DNA of 63,511 nt, filler included, from Octopus bimaculoides (Eukaryota): NCBI RefSeq assembly GCF_001194135.2. It is 9 parts of 8 records of this genome, joined end to end, with 100 filler letters (N's around TTAATTAATTAA, not from the genome) between each part and the next. Parts side by side here need not be neighbours in the genome. Positions count along the whole stretch, not along the records: positions 2,604 to 18,988 come from NC_068987.1; positions 19,089 to 20,830 come from NC_068983.1; positions 20,931 to 27,384 come from NC_068989.1; 6 more parts are not named here. One strand, written 5' to 3'. Positions 12,735-26,502 of the stretch are shown here, piece after piece. Under the pieces are notes generated by a model. That model had not been told where the DNA came from. It searched no databases and saw only the letters and a list, made by a program, of their open reading frames with translations. A program made the position numbers and the translations under genes. How positions within the stretch are numbered: position 1 is the stretch's first letter; the number at the start of each line of letters is the position of its first letter.

Positions 12735-13852
12735 ACACACGCGCATGTTTTATTGTACCCGTAACATTCGTTATGAATCCACAGTTTGGATATGTTTCAG
12801 AGTAAATGTAGATAATAATACAAATCATGAAAGACTGTTTATAAAATATCTGAGTTAGACCAACTTACGAAAGTTTCATTAATAAAAAAGATTATTAGTT
12901 ACATGATGTAATCTACATAATGTGTCTTTACTATGGTTACTTCTGTCAACACTTCAACAATCCAATCATGTTAAAAGTCTCTGAAGATTTAGCAATACGA
13001 TTTGATTATGCAATGTACATTGTATAGCTCATAATTATTTATTGTTAATACATATGATGATGTAACTAAATATATAAACAATCACTCATGTTTAATTTTC
13101 TATATATGCGTGTGTGTGAATGAGTGTGTGTGTGCGCGGGCCTTTATATACAAGTCTATGCTTGTTTGTGTGGTGAGGCTGTAACTGAGTACGTTGTCTG
13201 CACCATGCTGTAGGATTTTCGTTCGTCGAGCATTATATTACCTACAGATAGAACTGCCGGAAAGTTTTATAGTTTCCAACTTCCATTTTGAGAACTATTT
13301 CTAATTCTGTTTATCACTCTCATGAATGGTTATGTAAGCTACTTTTTAGCTGTACACATCAGGCAAAAAAATAATAAAGATCCCAGAGTATCCATCATCC
13401 ACTGGGAAATCTTATCAAGTTGTACCATTGCATCTCATAAAAAAAATCTAAAAAAGATTTTTTTAAAATTGAACAATAAAATTGTATTAAATTTTAAATT
13501 ATTTCAATTAAATTTCAATTAAATTTTTAAAATTTTCTTTAAGAAATAAAAATAAGTGATAATAAATAATATTCTTTTTAAATTAGTAATTCAAAAATTT
13601 TAAATCCATGTCAATAACTTTATGTTAAAAAAATTGTTAGTTAAAAAATTGTAAGCTAAAAATTCTTTTTAAACTTAAAAATTGACGAATTATTTTTATC
13701 TATGTAAAAAGAAGTAAAAATTAACAAATGCACCTAAAGGTACAAGACGAGAGTCAAGAAATGTGACTTCAAATACAAGAAATATAAATGAGATATACAC
13801 ATACACACACATATGTATATATATATGGAGACAAATATATGCATATACATAC

Positions 13853-13903
<51 letters not shown>

Positions 13904-14064
13904 ATGAATGGACACCTAGACAAAAACAAAATATGACAAATGATATAATAAATTAAGCAAAAATAACAGGTCAACGTACATGCACATACACACCAATATG
14001 CCCATATATGTACACACATACACACAAACACACAAATGTACATTTATATACACCTATTACAACA

Positions 14065-14300
14065 AGCATTATGTGGACAAGCTCTGATGCTACGGGCATG
14101 TGATTAGAGAGTAGCAAGAAAGAATCGCTCGACAGATTCTACAAGCAGAGCCAACCGGCAGATGACCAAGCATGAGATTCTTGGATAAGATACATAATTT
14201 CAGTTGGTCATGCTTGAGAATCCAACCCGAAAGTGTAATGGCGGTTGTTTCTGATAGGACCCAATGGACTGTACCCTAACCACCACATGACTCTCTCAGG
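14065..14300 (+). mobile_element. Degenerate RTE-clade LINE ORF2 C-terminal fragment
   Basis: Reads approximately YGHVIR..ERIARQILQAEPTGR.PS..LDKI..FSW..LRI...V.DR.QW, the typical RTE tail pattern. Confidence 0.6.
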
Positions 14301-14595
14301 AATAGTGGGAGGAGAAGCTGGATGAATAACTGGATAGAAAGTCGACAAACAGACACGCGTACAGATAAGCAAATAGGTAAATGTATAAATAACGTGCGTG
14401 TGCACCAGTATACACTTACTCACACACACACACACACATACATACACACTCACACACAGACACACTCACTCACACACACACAAACACACACATATATATA
14501 CACACAAACACACAAACACACACACACACACACACATGGGAGAACGTTAGCAACGGTTTTGCGCCGACCATTACACTTGGTAACGCGACAATTTT

Positions 14596-14792
14596 GGCAC
14601 AAGGCCAGCAATTTCAGGAGAGGGGCTAAGTTGATTGCATCAACCGCTGTGTTCAGCTGATACTTATTTCATCGACCCCGAAAGGATGAAAGGCAAAGTC
14701 GACCTCGGCGGCATTTGAACCCAGGACATGAAGACAGACGAAATGCCACTAATCAGTTTTCCCGGCGTGCTATTCTGCCAGCTCGCCGCCTT
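14596..14792 (-). mobile_element. SINE family A
   Basis: Full alignment to the other family A copies. Confidence 0.9.
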
Positions 14793-15598
14793 GCAATATG
14801 GCACTATTGACGACTGTTCAGACATGCCGGAAGCACACAGCCTCCTCCATCCTAGTTCAGGCTGTGATAATAAGAAAAGAACCTGCGCGAAAAGATAATG
14901 GAAAGTATCAACTTTATTCTAAGATGAAATGTTGCCTTCCATGTGCGTTCGTGCGTTCGTGCGTTCATGCGTGCGTGAATGCGTGCGAGCATGTGTGGGT
15001 GTGGGTGTTTGTGTGCGTGCGTGTGTGTGTGTGTGTGTGTGTGTTTGTGTATGTATGTGTGTGTAACTTACACAGTAAACATAAAAATGGCAAATATCAG
15101 CGGCCTATGCCCGTGCAGACCTATGGAACTAACACGCTATCATTGACAACAAGAGACATGAAAAAGTAGGTTGTTGGGGTTGATGTGTAAGGTTTATTAT
15201 AAATGGATTGGCTCAGCAGAATATGAGGATAGGGAACAGCACTTCTTTTCTTGTTACATTTACTGTGGTTTTGGAGAATGGTACTATAAAATGGATGGAG
15301 AGAGTGGGTGTTGGTTTGTGTATGTTAGTATAAATGTGGGAGAAGAGCATTAATTGTTCATCTTTGCTTGATGTGAATGGTAATTGATGAGTGATAAGTG
15401 GTTGCATTGGCCATTAGTTCAAGTGGTGTGATGGAGGTTGCTTTTAACGATGTTGGGTTAAATGTATAGGTCATCAACATAAAAAAGGTTGACCTTTTGA
15501 AAACCTATTGCTTGATGAGGTTTTGAGAATCAGTTAATAGGAATCATAACAACTGTATAAGTGGTTTCATGAGAGAAAACTAATAATGAAGTTTATTG

Positions 15599-15810
15599 GT
15601 TTCAAACTTTGGCACAAGGTCATCCGTTTTGTAGGAGGGATTAACTCGACTAAATCGACCTCAGTGCTCAACTAGTTCTTATTTCAACGACCCCGAAAGG
15701 ATGAAAGGCAAAGTTAACCCCGATAGAATTTGAACTGAGAACATAAAGATGGGTGAAACGTCGCTAAGCATTTTGCCCTGCGACAACGGTTCTACCAGCT
15801 CACTGCCTTA
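15599..15810 (-). mobile_element. SINE family A
   Basis: Full alignment to the other family A copies. Confidence 0.9.
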
Positions 15811-18742
15811 ATGAAATTTATGAAAAATGTAAATATATATAAAAATATAAGTATTGATATAATTAAAATCGCATGGATAATTAGATGAATAGAAAGATGG
15901 GAAATGAAAAATATATCTAAAGTTGGTCATTTTCAACCCTTCTGCCTTAGGAAAAATGAAATCATGTTACTTTTATGAGCGAGACAAACCATATTAGATA
16001 AAACGTGTCCCTACATTTCGAAATAACCAATAAAATTAATAAAAACTGCCTACTGTAGAATAATCCAAAACAGATTGATGTGCACTGAATTGACTGTGGG
16101 AATAGAGCCGCGGATCTTTCATTATGTAGAAGACCTGGTTACCCATGACAAAATCACCTCAGTACAGTTCGACTATTCAAACCAGTGTTTATTAAATACC
16201 ACTACAAGATATAGATAAACGTCACCTTTCACATGAAAATCCTCGATATTTTTGCAGCTACTTAAACCGTATGCTTTAACATCTAGTATTAATAGTCAGA
16301 AGGTTGTGGTTTGTTTCAATCATAATAGCAGAGAAATCTTAGAAGGGGTGACTATGTTAAACGCAGCAACGTTACTTATTTTTCATCTACTTTACCCCTT
16401 CTCAGATTTCGACGTCAACCCACAACATTCTGACCTCTATGATTAAAGTAAATGGTTTTAGGTCTTCGATTGTGAAATAAACTTTAAATTTAAGTTAGAT
16501 ATATGTACTGTACCACTTATTAATGAATTAGACCGATAATCTCCACTCTTTCCGAGTTTGTATATACAACAACTCTCCACAACCTAACAATCTCTCTGTA
16601 GACAGAAGACGAGTATCCATTCTCCATTAAACGTCTTCCTGAAACAGGGACAAAACTAATCAATTTTCTGTCAGCACAGACATAAAACCTATGATATAAC
16701 AAATTCGCTTACTTTTCACCACTCAGGACCTGCTGTGCATTTGAAATATTTTGTACTAAACTATTAATATATGTGTGAATGTGTCTATAATTTATTAATG
16801 AAAATTAAGATGTTTTGTATCTAGAAGCCAATTGTTTCATTCTGATAAATTTGTTAAACGAACTACGGCGGTTGTGTGACATTTAGTCATGTTAGCAAAA
16901 GCATATAAAATATATTAAAGGACAATCTATTTAAAATCACAGGTTATTGTGGGTCTATATTAAAATAGTAAATAAACAGATTGTAATGTTAGGGATTCGT
17001 CAATGGAAAAAGAAGTATAATGTGAGAGCGGACAGAGAGGTCGTAGGAAAATAGAAAGAGGGAGTATAGAAAAATCAACCCACCCTATCCCATAAAATAA
17101 GGATAAGAGAAAGGAATCTATTGAGTAATGGAAATATAGAAAGATATAGAGTAAAAACCTATGCTGAGTAGGCAATATGAGCAAACCTGCTCAGTGTGAG
17201 TTGAACTGAAAATCTGACCATTTAGATGTTCACGATTTAGTTACATGAATCTAAGCATTCAAATTGGAAAAGTTAACTGCATTATCACAGAGAAAGCGTC
17301 AAAATATTAAATTATGGGCATAAGTGTAATTTTTTCAGGTCAAATTAGAAGTTTGACCGGCTAAAAATAGCAACTGAATCACTTCTTAATAAAACATTTC
17401 ATCATTTTAAACGAGGAAATACATTTTAGATGATGTAGTCCAAGACAGACTTTCGAAAGAAAAGGACTAGACCATCAGGTCTGAAGCACCTTCATAGGTT
17501 TACTCAAAAAAGACTCACATCGGGTTAACTAAAAACAACACCAACAGTGAAACTCCATCTAGCACAGTGTATGTTCGATTCTTAGCTTGCTATTCCGTTA
17601 CATTAGCTATTCGTTTTATGTAGTATTTGTAAATTAGCATTTTGCATTTACAGTGAGATCTTTTGTTCCATATTTTCCTTTGTTATACCATAACATTTGT
17701 ATATTTACAATAATAAATTACAGAGTTAATATTGAGAGTTTCAACGTAACCTAATAAGTTGCATTAAATAACTGTCATATCGATTTTATTGTCATATTTG
17801 TTAAGTTCCTTTCATATCTGTCCAATTAATTATGATATGTGATAGCTTACTGACAATTCTTTAAAAATCTAAATATTAAACTAACGTCTGATGCACTACC
17901 TTAATATGTTAATATCTGCAAAAAATATTCGAGATTTTATATTTTGTTATTTTATGGTTGACGTTTCGCAGTTCTCTCCATAGCAGGATATTGTCTATAA
18001 GAAGCAGGATTCTAATAATACTCGAGATCCGAAATAACAAACAAAATCATAAATGTTAAAAGACATTAATACATACACAAAAAAATTAAGTTGATTTTGT
18101 AATTTTGAAGTAGTAGGGACTGTGGTGGACATTGTCTTTATTGTCTTTCTATCGCTGTCGTGACGATTGTCTCGCTTCACTGTTGTGGGTTCAAGAATAA
18201 TCTAGACATGTTTAGCCTACAGGATGCAAGTGGTGTTGATTGGGAGTTTGGGATGACTAGGGACAACATCAGCTTCTTTACCACGTTTTCTTTCATCTTC
18301 AAGATGTTCAGTTCCTTCTTTTCAAGGTGCTTAGCCACTCATATTCTAACCTTTTCATCTTCAGAACTTCAAAGTCTGTAGGCAGCTTCTATTTCATTTG
18401 ATCGATGTGGTCTTTGAAGAGAATTTTTCTTCCCTCCTTTTGATCGATTTCCTTTCTGCAGTTGAGAATAAAAGACTTGTGTTATAAGCTGTTTGTTAAT
18501 CTTTCAGACGAGGTCAACTGCCCATATGTGTGAGGATTTTTTGTTTTATTATCTATAAAAGTTACATTTGTTGTTTTGACTTCAGTGAGGACTGTTTTCA
18601 TCATATTGAGAGATTAACAATGAGATTGTTATCATGAAATTACTTTCGATGAATAACGACATTGAATAAAAAATGGCATTGTCGAAGTGAGAGGGAGAAC
18701 ATACATTCTGATTGTGAAGCTGTTTATAATTAAGTATATATA

Positions 18743-18743
<1 letters not shown>

Positions 18744-18815
<72 letters not shown>
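18744..18815. repeat. (TCTG)n-(TCTA)n microsatellite
   Basis: Direct reading of the sequence. Confidence 0.95.
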
Positions 18816-18819
<4 letters not shown>

Positions 18820-18952
18820 ATGAATATACATACAGGCACGGGTGTGTGGTATGTATTTATGTCTGTGTTTTCCCCCACCATTGCTTGACAACCGATGTTG
18901 GTGTTCCCATTCGTCGGAGTTTTTGTGATGTCTTTGCAGCTTTATTAATAAA

Positions 18953-18988
<36 letters not shown>

Positions 18989-19088
18989 NNNNNNNNNNNN
19001 NNNNNNNNNNNNNNNNNNNNNNNNNNNNNNNNTTAATTAATTAANNNNNNNNNNNNNNNNNNNNNNNNNNNNNNNNNNNNNNNNNNNN

Positions 19089-19146
<58 letters not shown>

Positions 19147-20102
19147 GAGATAGAGAGAAAGAAAAATGCGGCCGGGTATATGTGTGTATAAACGGAAAGA
19201 AAATAAGGGCAAAGACAGGATTGAGACAGATGAGAGGAAATATTGGGAAAACAACAATATGAAATCCAGCGGTTCAAAATGGCGGAACAATCTGTTGAGT
19301 AATCAATCAAGGAGAAATATCTGGCTGTCATGTGTTGAGCGATGCTTCTATTAAATGTGTTGCTGTGTAACTATATACAGACATACGCACACATATTTAC
19401 ACACGCACACATATCTATATATGCATGTAGATAAAATATTCGTTGTATATTCATATATTTCTTTGTGTATGTGTACATAAATGCATATATATGTATGTAC
19501 GCATACTATTTATACATTGACATATGTGTGTATATATGTATGCGTATGTATGTGTGTGTATGTATGTACGTACACGTGTATCCATATGTATGTACATATA
19601 TATAAATCTATGAAGACACGTATGCTTATAAAACATTTTTATGTAGCTATCTGCCATTGCAACTTAGATTTCTTTATAGTAAATATTCACAGAAGTTTGT
19701 GCGCGCGAGCATTTGTACACACACAACACAATCATACACAAGCAACGCACACATACACACACACACGTATATATATGCATGTAAATATACATATATGTAG
19801 ATATATATATCTATATATACACACATATACACATACATACATACACACACTCACTTAACACACACACACACACACACACANNNNNNNNNNNNNNNNNNNN
19901 NNNNNNNNNNNNNNNNNNNNNNNNNNNNNNNNNNNNNNNNNNNNNNNNNNNNNNNNNNNNNNNNNNNNNNNNNNNNNNNNNNNNNNNNNNNNNNNNNNNN
20001 NNNNNNNNNNNNNNNNNNNNNNNNNNNNNNNNNNNNNNNNNNNNNNNNNNNNNNNNNNNNNNNNNNNNNNNNNNNNNNNNNNNNNNNNNNNNNNNNNNNN
20101 NN

Positions 20103-20133
<31 letters not shown>

Positions 20134-20280
20134 TATACATATATATATATGTATATACACACGCAAAAACACTCGTGTTTATTTATATATATAGATATAT
20201 AAAGAAAATAAATAGACGTCTTTCTCTGTCTTTCTCCCTATGTGTGTGCATGTGTGTTTGAGAGAGCGTGTGTATGTACC

Positions 20281-20342
<62 letters not shown>

Positions 20343-20567
20343 CGTGTGTGTGTGTGTGTGTGTTTGTGTGTCTGTGTGTGTGTCTGTGTGTGCGTGTATG
20401 TGTTTGTGCACATACATAGCTATTTGCGAGCATAAAACGTTGAATTGCAAGAGTTGTGTATAAATATATAAGTAGATGCACATATAACGACTTCATTTCC
20501 ATATCTATACATACATAAAAGAAACAATCACTCCGAGTTATGCACGTACACACACACAGACAGACAG

Positions 20568-20603
<36 letters not shown>

Positions 20604-20778
20604 ATACACACACATACACACGTACGCACAAACACACACACAAACGCACAGACACACATACACACGCACACGCACATGTATTCATTATGATACATACATC
20701 CGCGTGTATATATGTGTATGTATTAACACGTAGACATACACATACATACATACACACATATATATATCAGTATGTATA

Positions 20779-20830
<52 letters not shown>

Positions 20831-20937
20831 NNNNNNNNNNNNNNNNNNNNNNNNNNNNNNNNNNNNNNNNNNNNTTAATTAATTAANNNNNNNNNNNNNN
20901 NNNNNNNNNNNNNNNNNNNNNNNNNNNNNNTTATATA

Positions 20938-21063
20938 TTGCCAAGGGATTGTCATTCTCATCGAAGGTCGGCGATTATCGTACGCTGAAGAAGGGAAATA
21001 ACCCTGAAACTCGGGTCCGTACGTATCGCAGATCAAGATGGGAAGGATAACTTCCCTTGGCAA
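20938..21063 (+). ncRNA. Type I hammerhead ribozyme with extended stem I
   Basis: Stem I cgtacg (20979-84 / 21018-23); core CTGAAGA 20985-91; stem II AGGG/CCCT with aaataa loop; GAAA 21006-09; stem III AC/GT with TCGG loop; GTC triplet 21015-17. Outer pairings gcgat/atcgc, tctcatc/gatggga and ttgccaaggga/tcccttggcaa. Confidence 0.85.
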
Positions 21064-21769
21064 AAATAGACAGGACACAGATATGTGTCGATAAGCCAAC
21101 TGGAGGAGATGTTCTCCTGGGGCTAAAAGCAACAGTAACATCCACCCTTAGGGGTCAGCCACATTTAAATGGCAAATATACTTCACTTTATCGTGCAGTT
21201 ACTGTTAACACCTCGTTCAGAGATTTAACATTGCTTATATATATATACATATATATATATATAATGATATTTGCTTAGGTATTAATCTTTGGTATTAATC
21301 TTTATTTTGTACAACGATCCTTTCGGCTCATCCTCCTACTGCCCTGTCCCTTATGGGTGGGACTCCGTTGAACATGTTTTGCATTCATCCATTTTGCATT
21401 GTGAGTCGCATCAGGTTAATCGATACATAAAGTGGTGTCTCGCAAGGATCCTGTTATATGCCCGTCGATTTAGGGAATGAAGACTTGCTACTGCTTTCAT
21501 TAATGTTATCTTTACATATTGATATTCGGCTCTAACTCAAGTACAACATCGAGGACATTGACAGATTTAAGCGTTGTTTTACTGCTATGGAAAAGGTGAA
21601 ATTTATTTACAAAATCAAGCAGTTCTTTTCTAAATTTATCAGGTTTCGTGAGTTATGTTTTCTTAATGTGAATAGACCATTGTCCTTATAGAGTAAATGT
21701 TAGAGGAAAGGAAATATAAGTGGTCGATATTACATTTGGAATTCTTTTTAATAATGAAAACATAGTCGT

Positions 21770-22520
21770 CGAATGAAGCCCTCAATAATAGTGGAGACAC
21801 AGAAGATGAAGTATGTATAAACAACTCCACTCCCGCAAAAAGAACATAAAAATACAAAAAATGGAAATTATCTTCTTTAACAGCCGAATTTTCTTCACTG
21901 AACTCCGAAATCACTTCCACCTTAATCAAAGTATATCAAACTAGTTAACAAACAAAACATAAACTCCCATATTTCCAAAAAGATTATGTCTAATTATGAC
22001 CACCGAAACCACTCAAAAGCCATAACCTAAAAGCACACAAATAATTACAACAATTGTGCTCTGTGGAAAAAAAAAATCTGCCTCTCAGTCGCTATTGTTT
22101 ATAGTGCAACAGTAACCACTAATCCCCTATAATCTACTACTTCTGCATTAAGGTCTATAACAAACCATCTCAAAACACAATACCACCAACACATATATTT
22201 TCAAAACTCTAACAGGAAAAATTATACCACTCTTTTCAAACATATATGTTTATTAAAATCAAGAAATACTCCATTTATTCAATATTGACACTGGAACATA
22301 CATATAAACTATAATATCCTTGAACAAACAAATTCTCTAATACAGTTCTATATTTAAGAGATGAGGAATTATTTACATTATTTACATTATTTACATTTGA
22401 CGGATATTTGTCCTCATTTTTTTTTTCAGTCAAATGTAAATAATGTAAATAAAATTCTCTAATATTCTTACATTGAAGAACCAAACTCTGAACCTAAACT
22501 CCGAATTTCTCTGCACAAAA
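21770..22520 (+). pseudogene. Highly degenerate Naiad-like Penelope element: RT C-terminus and endonuclease remnant
   Basis: Remnant motifs EALNNSG, HKL.HI.KK, CLSVAIVYSATV, KTQYHQH..FQN.NR.NYTTLFKHICLLK, with stops and frameshifts. Confidence 0.55.
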
Positions 22521-22612
22521 TCTTTAAAGCACTAAAATATTTCAAACCTATGACTTTCTCTAACATCTAAATATGAAAATATTCTATCCTTCCACCCTAC
22601 TTCTACCATATG

Positions 22613-22852
22613 GATGTATGTGGCTTAGTGGCTAGGGTGTTCGAACCATGGCCGTAGGATTTTGGCTTCGATTCCTAGACCGGGCGACGCGTTTTGTTTT
22701 GATCAAAACACTTCACTGCACATTGATCCAGTACACTCACCTGGCATAAATGAGTAATCCTGCGACGGAGCGGCATCCTGTCCAGGTGTGGAATATATAC
22801 ATCAAAGAAACCGGGTAGCCGGCCCTTATGAGTGGGTATGATTCGAGAAGGA
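22613..22852 (+). mobile_element. tRNA-derived SINE, family B
   Basis: A-box tggcttagtgg and B-box-like ggcttcgattcc. Body cctgcga.gga..gg..tcctgtcca...gaaaccggg is shared with 29105-29285 and 30112-30542. Confidence 0.85.
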
Positions 22853-23609
22853 AATTTTATTGTTAACTTTACTTAAATCAGAGTTTATTTTTTTCTAGAA
22901 TGATGATCTGCTACAGACAAATATGCTGACCAACAACCTTTAAACTTACCTACATACATTCGTGAATATTAAAACGTTTGCTTAAAACAATCTCCAAACT
23001 GATATCACTGTCACATACTTAAGTGCTAATCAACACTCTCAAAATATAAAACGGAAAAATCATAAATATTACAAACGTGCAAAGTAAATAAGCCTCACCA
23101 CCCACCTACATTCTTTTGTGAACCCTTAAATACCAATCATACTACATACTACAAAAACACACCTACCTAAGTTTAAAACATTGGAGTGAACTCTAGGGTT
23201 TAACATTCACATGCCCAAAACGAAAAGTAAATATCCCATTGGTATCGTAATATTACTCGCAAGAACGAAACCATGTGACATTTCTACTAACAACCTCACT
23301 AAGTTCTTTTGCAAAACACTTTGACCTGAAAACGACACAACTAAACATATAGAGATAATTACAAAGCTATACTTGGATGAAAAATTTTGACCATTAGCAC
23401 TTACCTAATCTTAATCAATAAGCGTTCCCTATAGGGCCTCACCACCAAAACCTTCACATACAGAATAGTTATCATTCAGTAAAAATCAGGAAAACCTAGT
23501 AAATTTTATATTAACAGACATTATATAAAGCCAGGTTAAACCTAAATGATTTACAGTCTGATATTTTAGCTCACCTAAACTTGGAGGTCACTGTCAATAC
23601 TGTTAAATA

Positions 23610-23652
<43 letters not shown>

Positions 23653-23913
23653 CATGGCCGCAGCTCTAAGATGAAACTATAATATATATATATANNNNNN
23701 NNNNNNNNNNNNNNNNNNNNNNNNNNNNNNNNNNNNNNNNNNNNNNNNNNNNNNNNNNNNNNNNNNNNNNNNNNNNNNNNNNNNNNNNNNNNNNNNNNNN
23801 NNNNNNNNNNNNNNNNNNNNNNNNNNNNNNNNNNNNNNNNNNNNNNNNNNNNNNNNNNNNNNNNNNNNNNNNNNNNNNNNNNNNNNNNNNNNNNNNNNNN
23901 NNNNNNNNNNNNN

Positions 23914-23959
<46 letters not shown>

Positions 23960-23995
23960 TGTGTATGCGTGTGTGTGTGTGCGTGTGTGCATGCA

Positions 23996-25299
23996 CATGG
24001 TGTCCAAAAAGACTTAACCATTGATATTTCTCATTTATTAAAAATAAACCTAAGGTAGGATAATGAAATTTGGCACACACATTCTAGTGCAAATTGTAAA
24101 TCCATTGTCGTAACTACATTTCAAAATGACAACGTTCTGCCTTGATCATAGCCTGAAATGTGTGGTCACTGAGTTGCATGAACGCCGTACCACCTCTTCA
24201 TCTGACTTGTCCTATGAAGACAGAAGAGCTTTCTTCAGATCTGACACGTTTGAATAGGAGTGAGCATGCAAATTACTCTCTAAGATGGACCAGATAGCAG
24301 AGTCCGTAGAATTGATCTCTGGACTTGAGGGAGGTCATACCGTCTCATCCCCAAAACCGCTGAATTGCTCATTGCCCCATCTTTGTTTTAAACTGGATGT
24401 GTGGACCGGAGTCCCGTCTTGCAGGAAGATTTAACGGTCACCAAAGGTTTCTCTAACCCAGGGGAACCCTTTCTCATGCAACATTTCTACATAGACGTCA
24501 CTACTGAGCTTGATACCAACATTGATAAAGATTAAGGGAGACTTAAATCCAGCTGAAGCAATTGCGGTTCACACTATAATTGAAGCTGACTCCTGATGGT
24601 GTAAATGACTCCTGGTATATTTGGGCGAGTCTCCTGTATTAGGTGTATAAAGCCTGTCATTCAGCCTGTTGGTAACTGCCTCCACGGTGAAGATCTTGTC
24701 CGATCAGATAAACTCTTTGTTAGTGACATGCTTATACCAATCTTATACCATCTTATTAATATCTATTTCTCAGCTAACATGGACGAGACATTTCTTCTCG
24801 AAAGCTGCTGAAATTAACTGTCAAGATTGTTTCTTCTATGCAGTTAGCTTAAACTCCTCTTTAAAAATTCTGTGCATTGACGATTTCGAAATAGCAAGCG
24901 TTATTGCAGTTTTTCTTCCATTCCTGCCAGAATTTCACTTCATTCGCTTCGTCACAGCTACAATTTGTTTGATACGAATTAATCGTCTCATACCAGAAAA
25001 TATTTTGCTAGAAAAAGTGCTGGATTCCATATATAGGTACCAGGTATTGAACACTGTTTTACGACACACATTCAACTGTTTTGTTATGTCATTATTGCTC
25101 ACTCCAGCTGTTTTGAAAGCGACAATCTGGTCATGTTTTGCTTTGGAAACCATGTTTGTTTACTAACCTGTTATAGACGAACGAAACAATACCCAGACAT
25201 GAACATGCAAATGTTTATATAAAATGTAGAGAATATCACATGAATCAATGTTCTTTAGGAAGAGTTTTAAACATGAGTAAATTTTTCTCGGACACCTTG
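23996..25299 (-). mobile_element. Full-length, inactivated Tc1/mariner transposon of the DD37D (maT) family
   Basis: Imperfect TIRs ca(a/t)ggtgtcc.a.aaa, with TA at 25300-01. HTH N-terminus MVSKAKHDQIVAFKTAGVSNNDITKQLNVCRKTV. Catalytic region IFLQDGTPVHT...V*PPSSPEINSTD has exactly 37 residues between the last two Asp. About 1.3 kb; contains stops and frameshifts. Confidence 0.88.
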
Positions 25300-25405
25300 T
25301 ATTTATGTTTGTGTGCGCGTGCGTGTGTGTACGTGTGCGTGTGTGTGCGTGTGCGTGCGTGTGCGTGCGTGTGCGTGTGAGAGAGAGAGTGCGCGCGCGT
25401 GTATG

Positions 25406-25450
<45 letters not shown>

Positions 25451-26246
25451 GACTGTATATAAGTTTCTACTTTCTGAATTATTTCTCTCTTTGCGTTTGA
25501 TATTTCCTATTTTCTCCCTCAAAAATATATTTTTCTTATACTAATTATTAATATGTTATTTCTCAAATTTTTGGGCAAATATAGACGAAAAGTTGTTTGT
25601 TCAATCTTGCGCAGCTGATGCCTCATACTTTTATGATGAAATAGTTTAAACAGCTTACAGACAATATGTACGATATGCATGTGTGTGCGCATTGGCGTTT
25701 GCGGTATTAATCTTCTTCGCTCAGTGGAGGATAATTAACTGTCACTGATCTGTCAGTGTTTGAGTTAATGCAAATCATTGGACGGGACTTGTTTAACAGA
25801 TGCAGCAATTAAAGCGACCTCCTCCGATAGCAATCTGGACTGGAAATCTAGAAAACCTGCATTACTCAGATTTATCGACTTACACACACTCACAAATACT
25901 TAGCTTAGATATTCTGTTCTAAAGTAATTCATACAATGTAGAATTATTAGGAACAATGTGCGTGCAAGTGCTGCCAACAACGATTTGGGTTGAACACGGC
26001 TACTCTGGATTTATATTTATAAGTTATTTACAGCTTCATTTCTAATGCACAAATCCTACTCACAATTTCAAGCGCTAAATAGCCTTGAACACTAAAAATA
26101 ACAATTACACTCTGCAGGGTGATATGCATAGTCACATCAATCCGGTGAATTAGTCACTGAGTAGACTATGCAACCTAATATACAGGCACACACACACTGA
26201 CACGCACATACACACACCCTGACACAAACACACACATATATATATA

Positions 26247-26487
26247 CAGAATGTTCAAAAAGTCTCTCCGTAGTGAACATTTTCCTCCGAGATGTATTTC
26301 AAAACGTGTAGAAGAGTCAACTTATGCATTGAAAATTAAGGACGACACATTCAACATCTCTTACAAAGTTTTTTTTTTTGTAGAGTCTTGTAAAGTCTAA
26401 TATATTCTGTTTGTAGTCTTATACCATCTTATTAATATTTATTTTGCAATAAATTACTTACTGCAGAGAGACGTTTTGAAAATCCTG
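26247..26487. mobile_element. Tc1/mariner-type MITE
   Basis: 28-bp TIRs cagaatgttcaaaaagtctctccgtagt vs caggattttcaaaacgtctctctgcagt (5 mismatches); TA on the left flank. Confidence 0.7.
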
Positions 26488-26502
26488 TGTATATATAATA
26501 TA

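Noticed and set aside
21430-21480. SGVSQGS resembling a LINE RT QG motif
   Set aside because: Isolated motif with no supporting neighbours.
24741-26438. 22-nt exact match between 24741-24762 and 26417-26438
   Set aside because: AT-rich and short; no further homology, so no mechanism can be supported.
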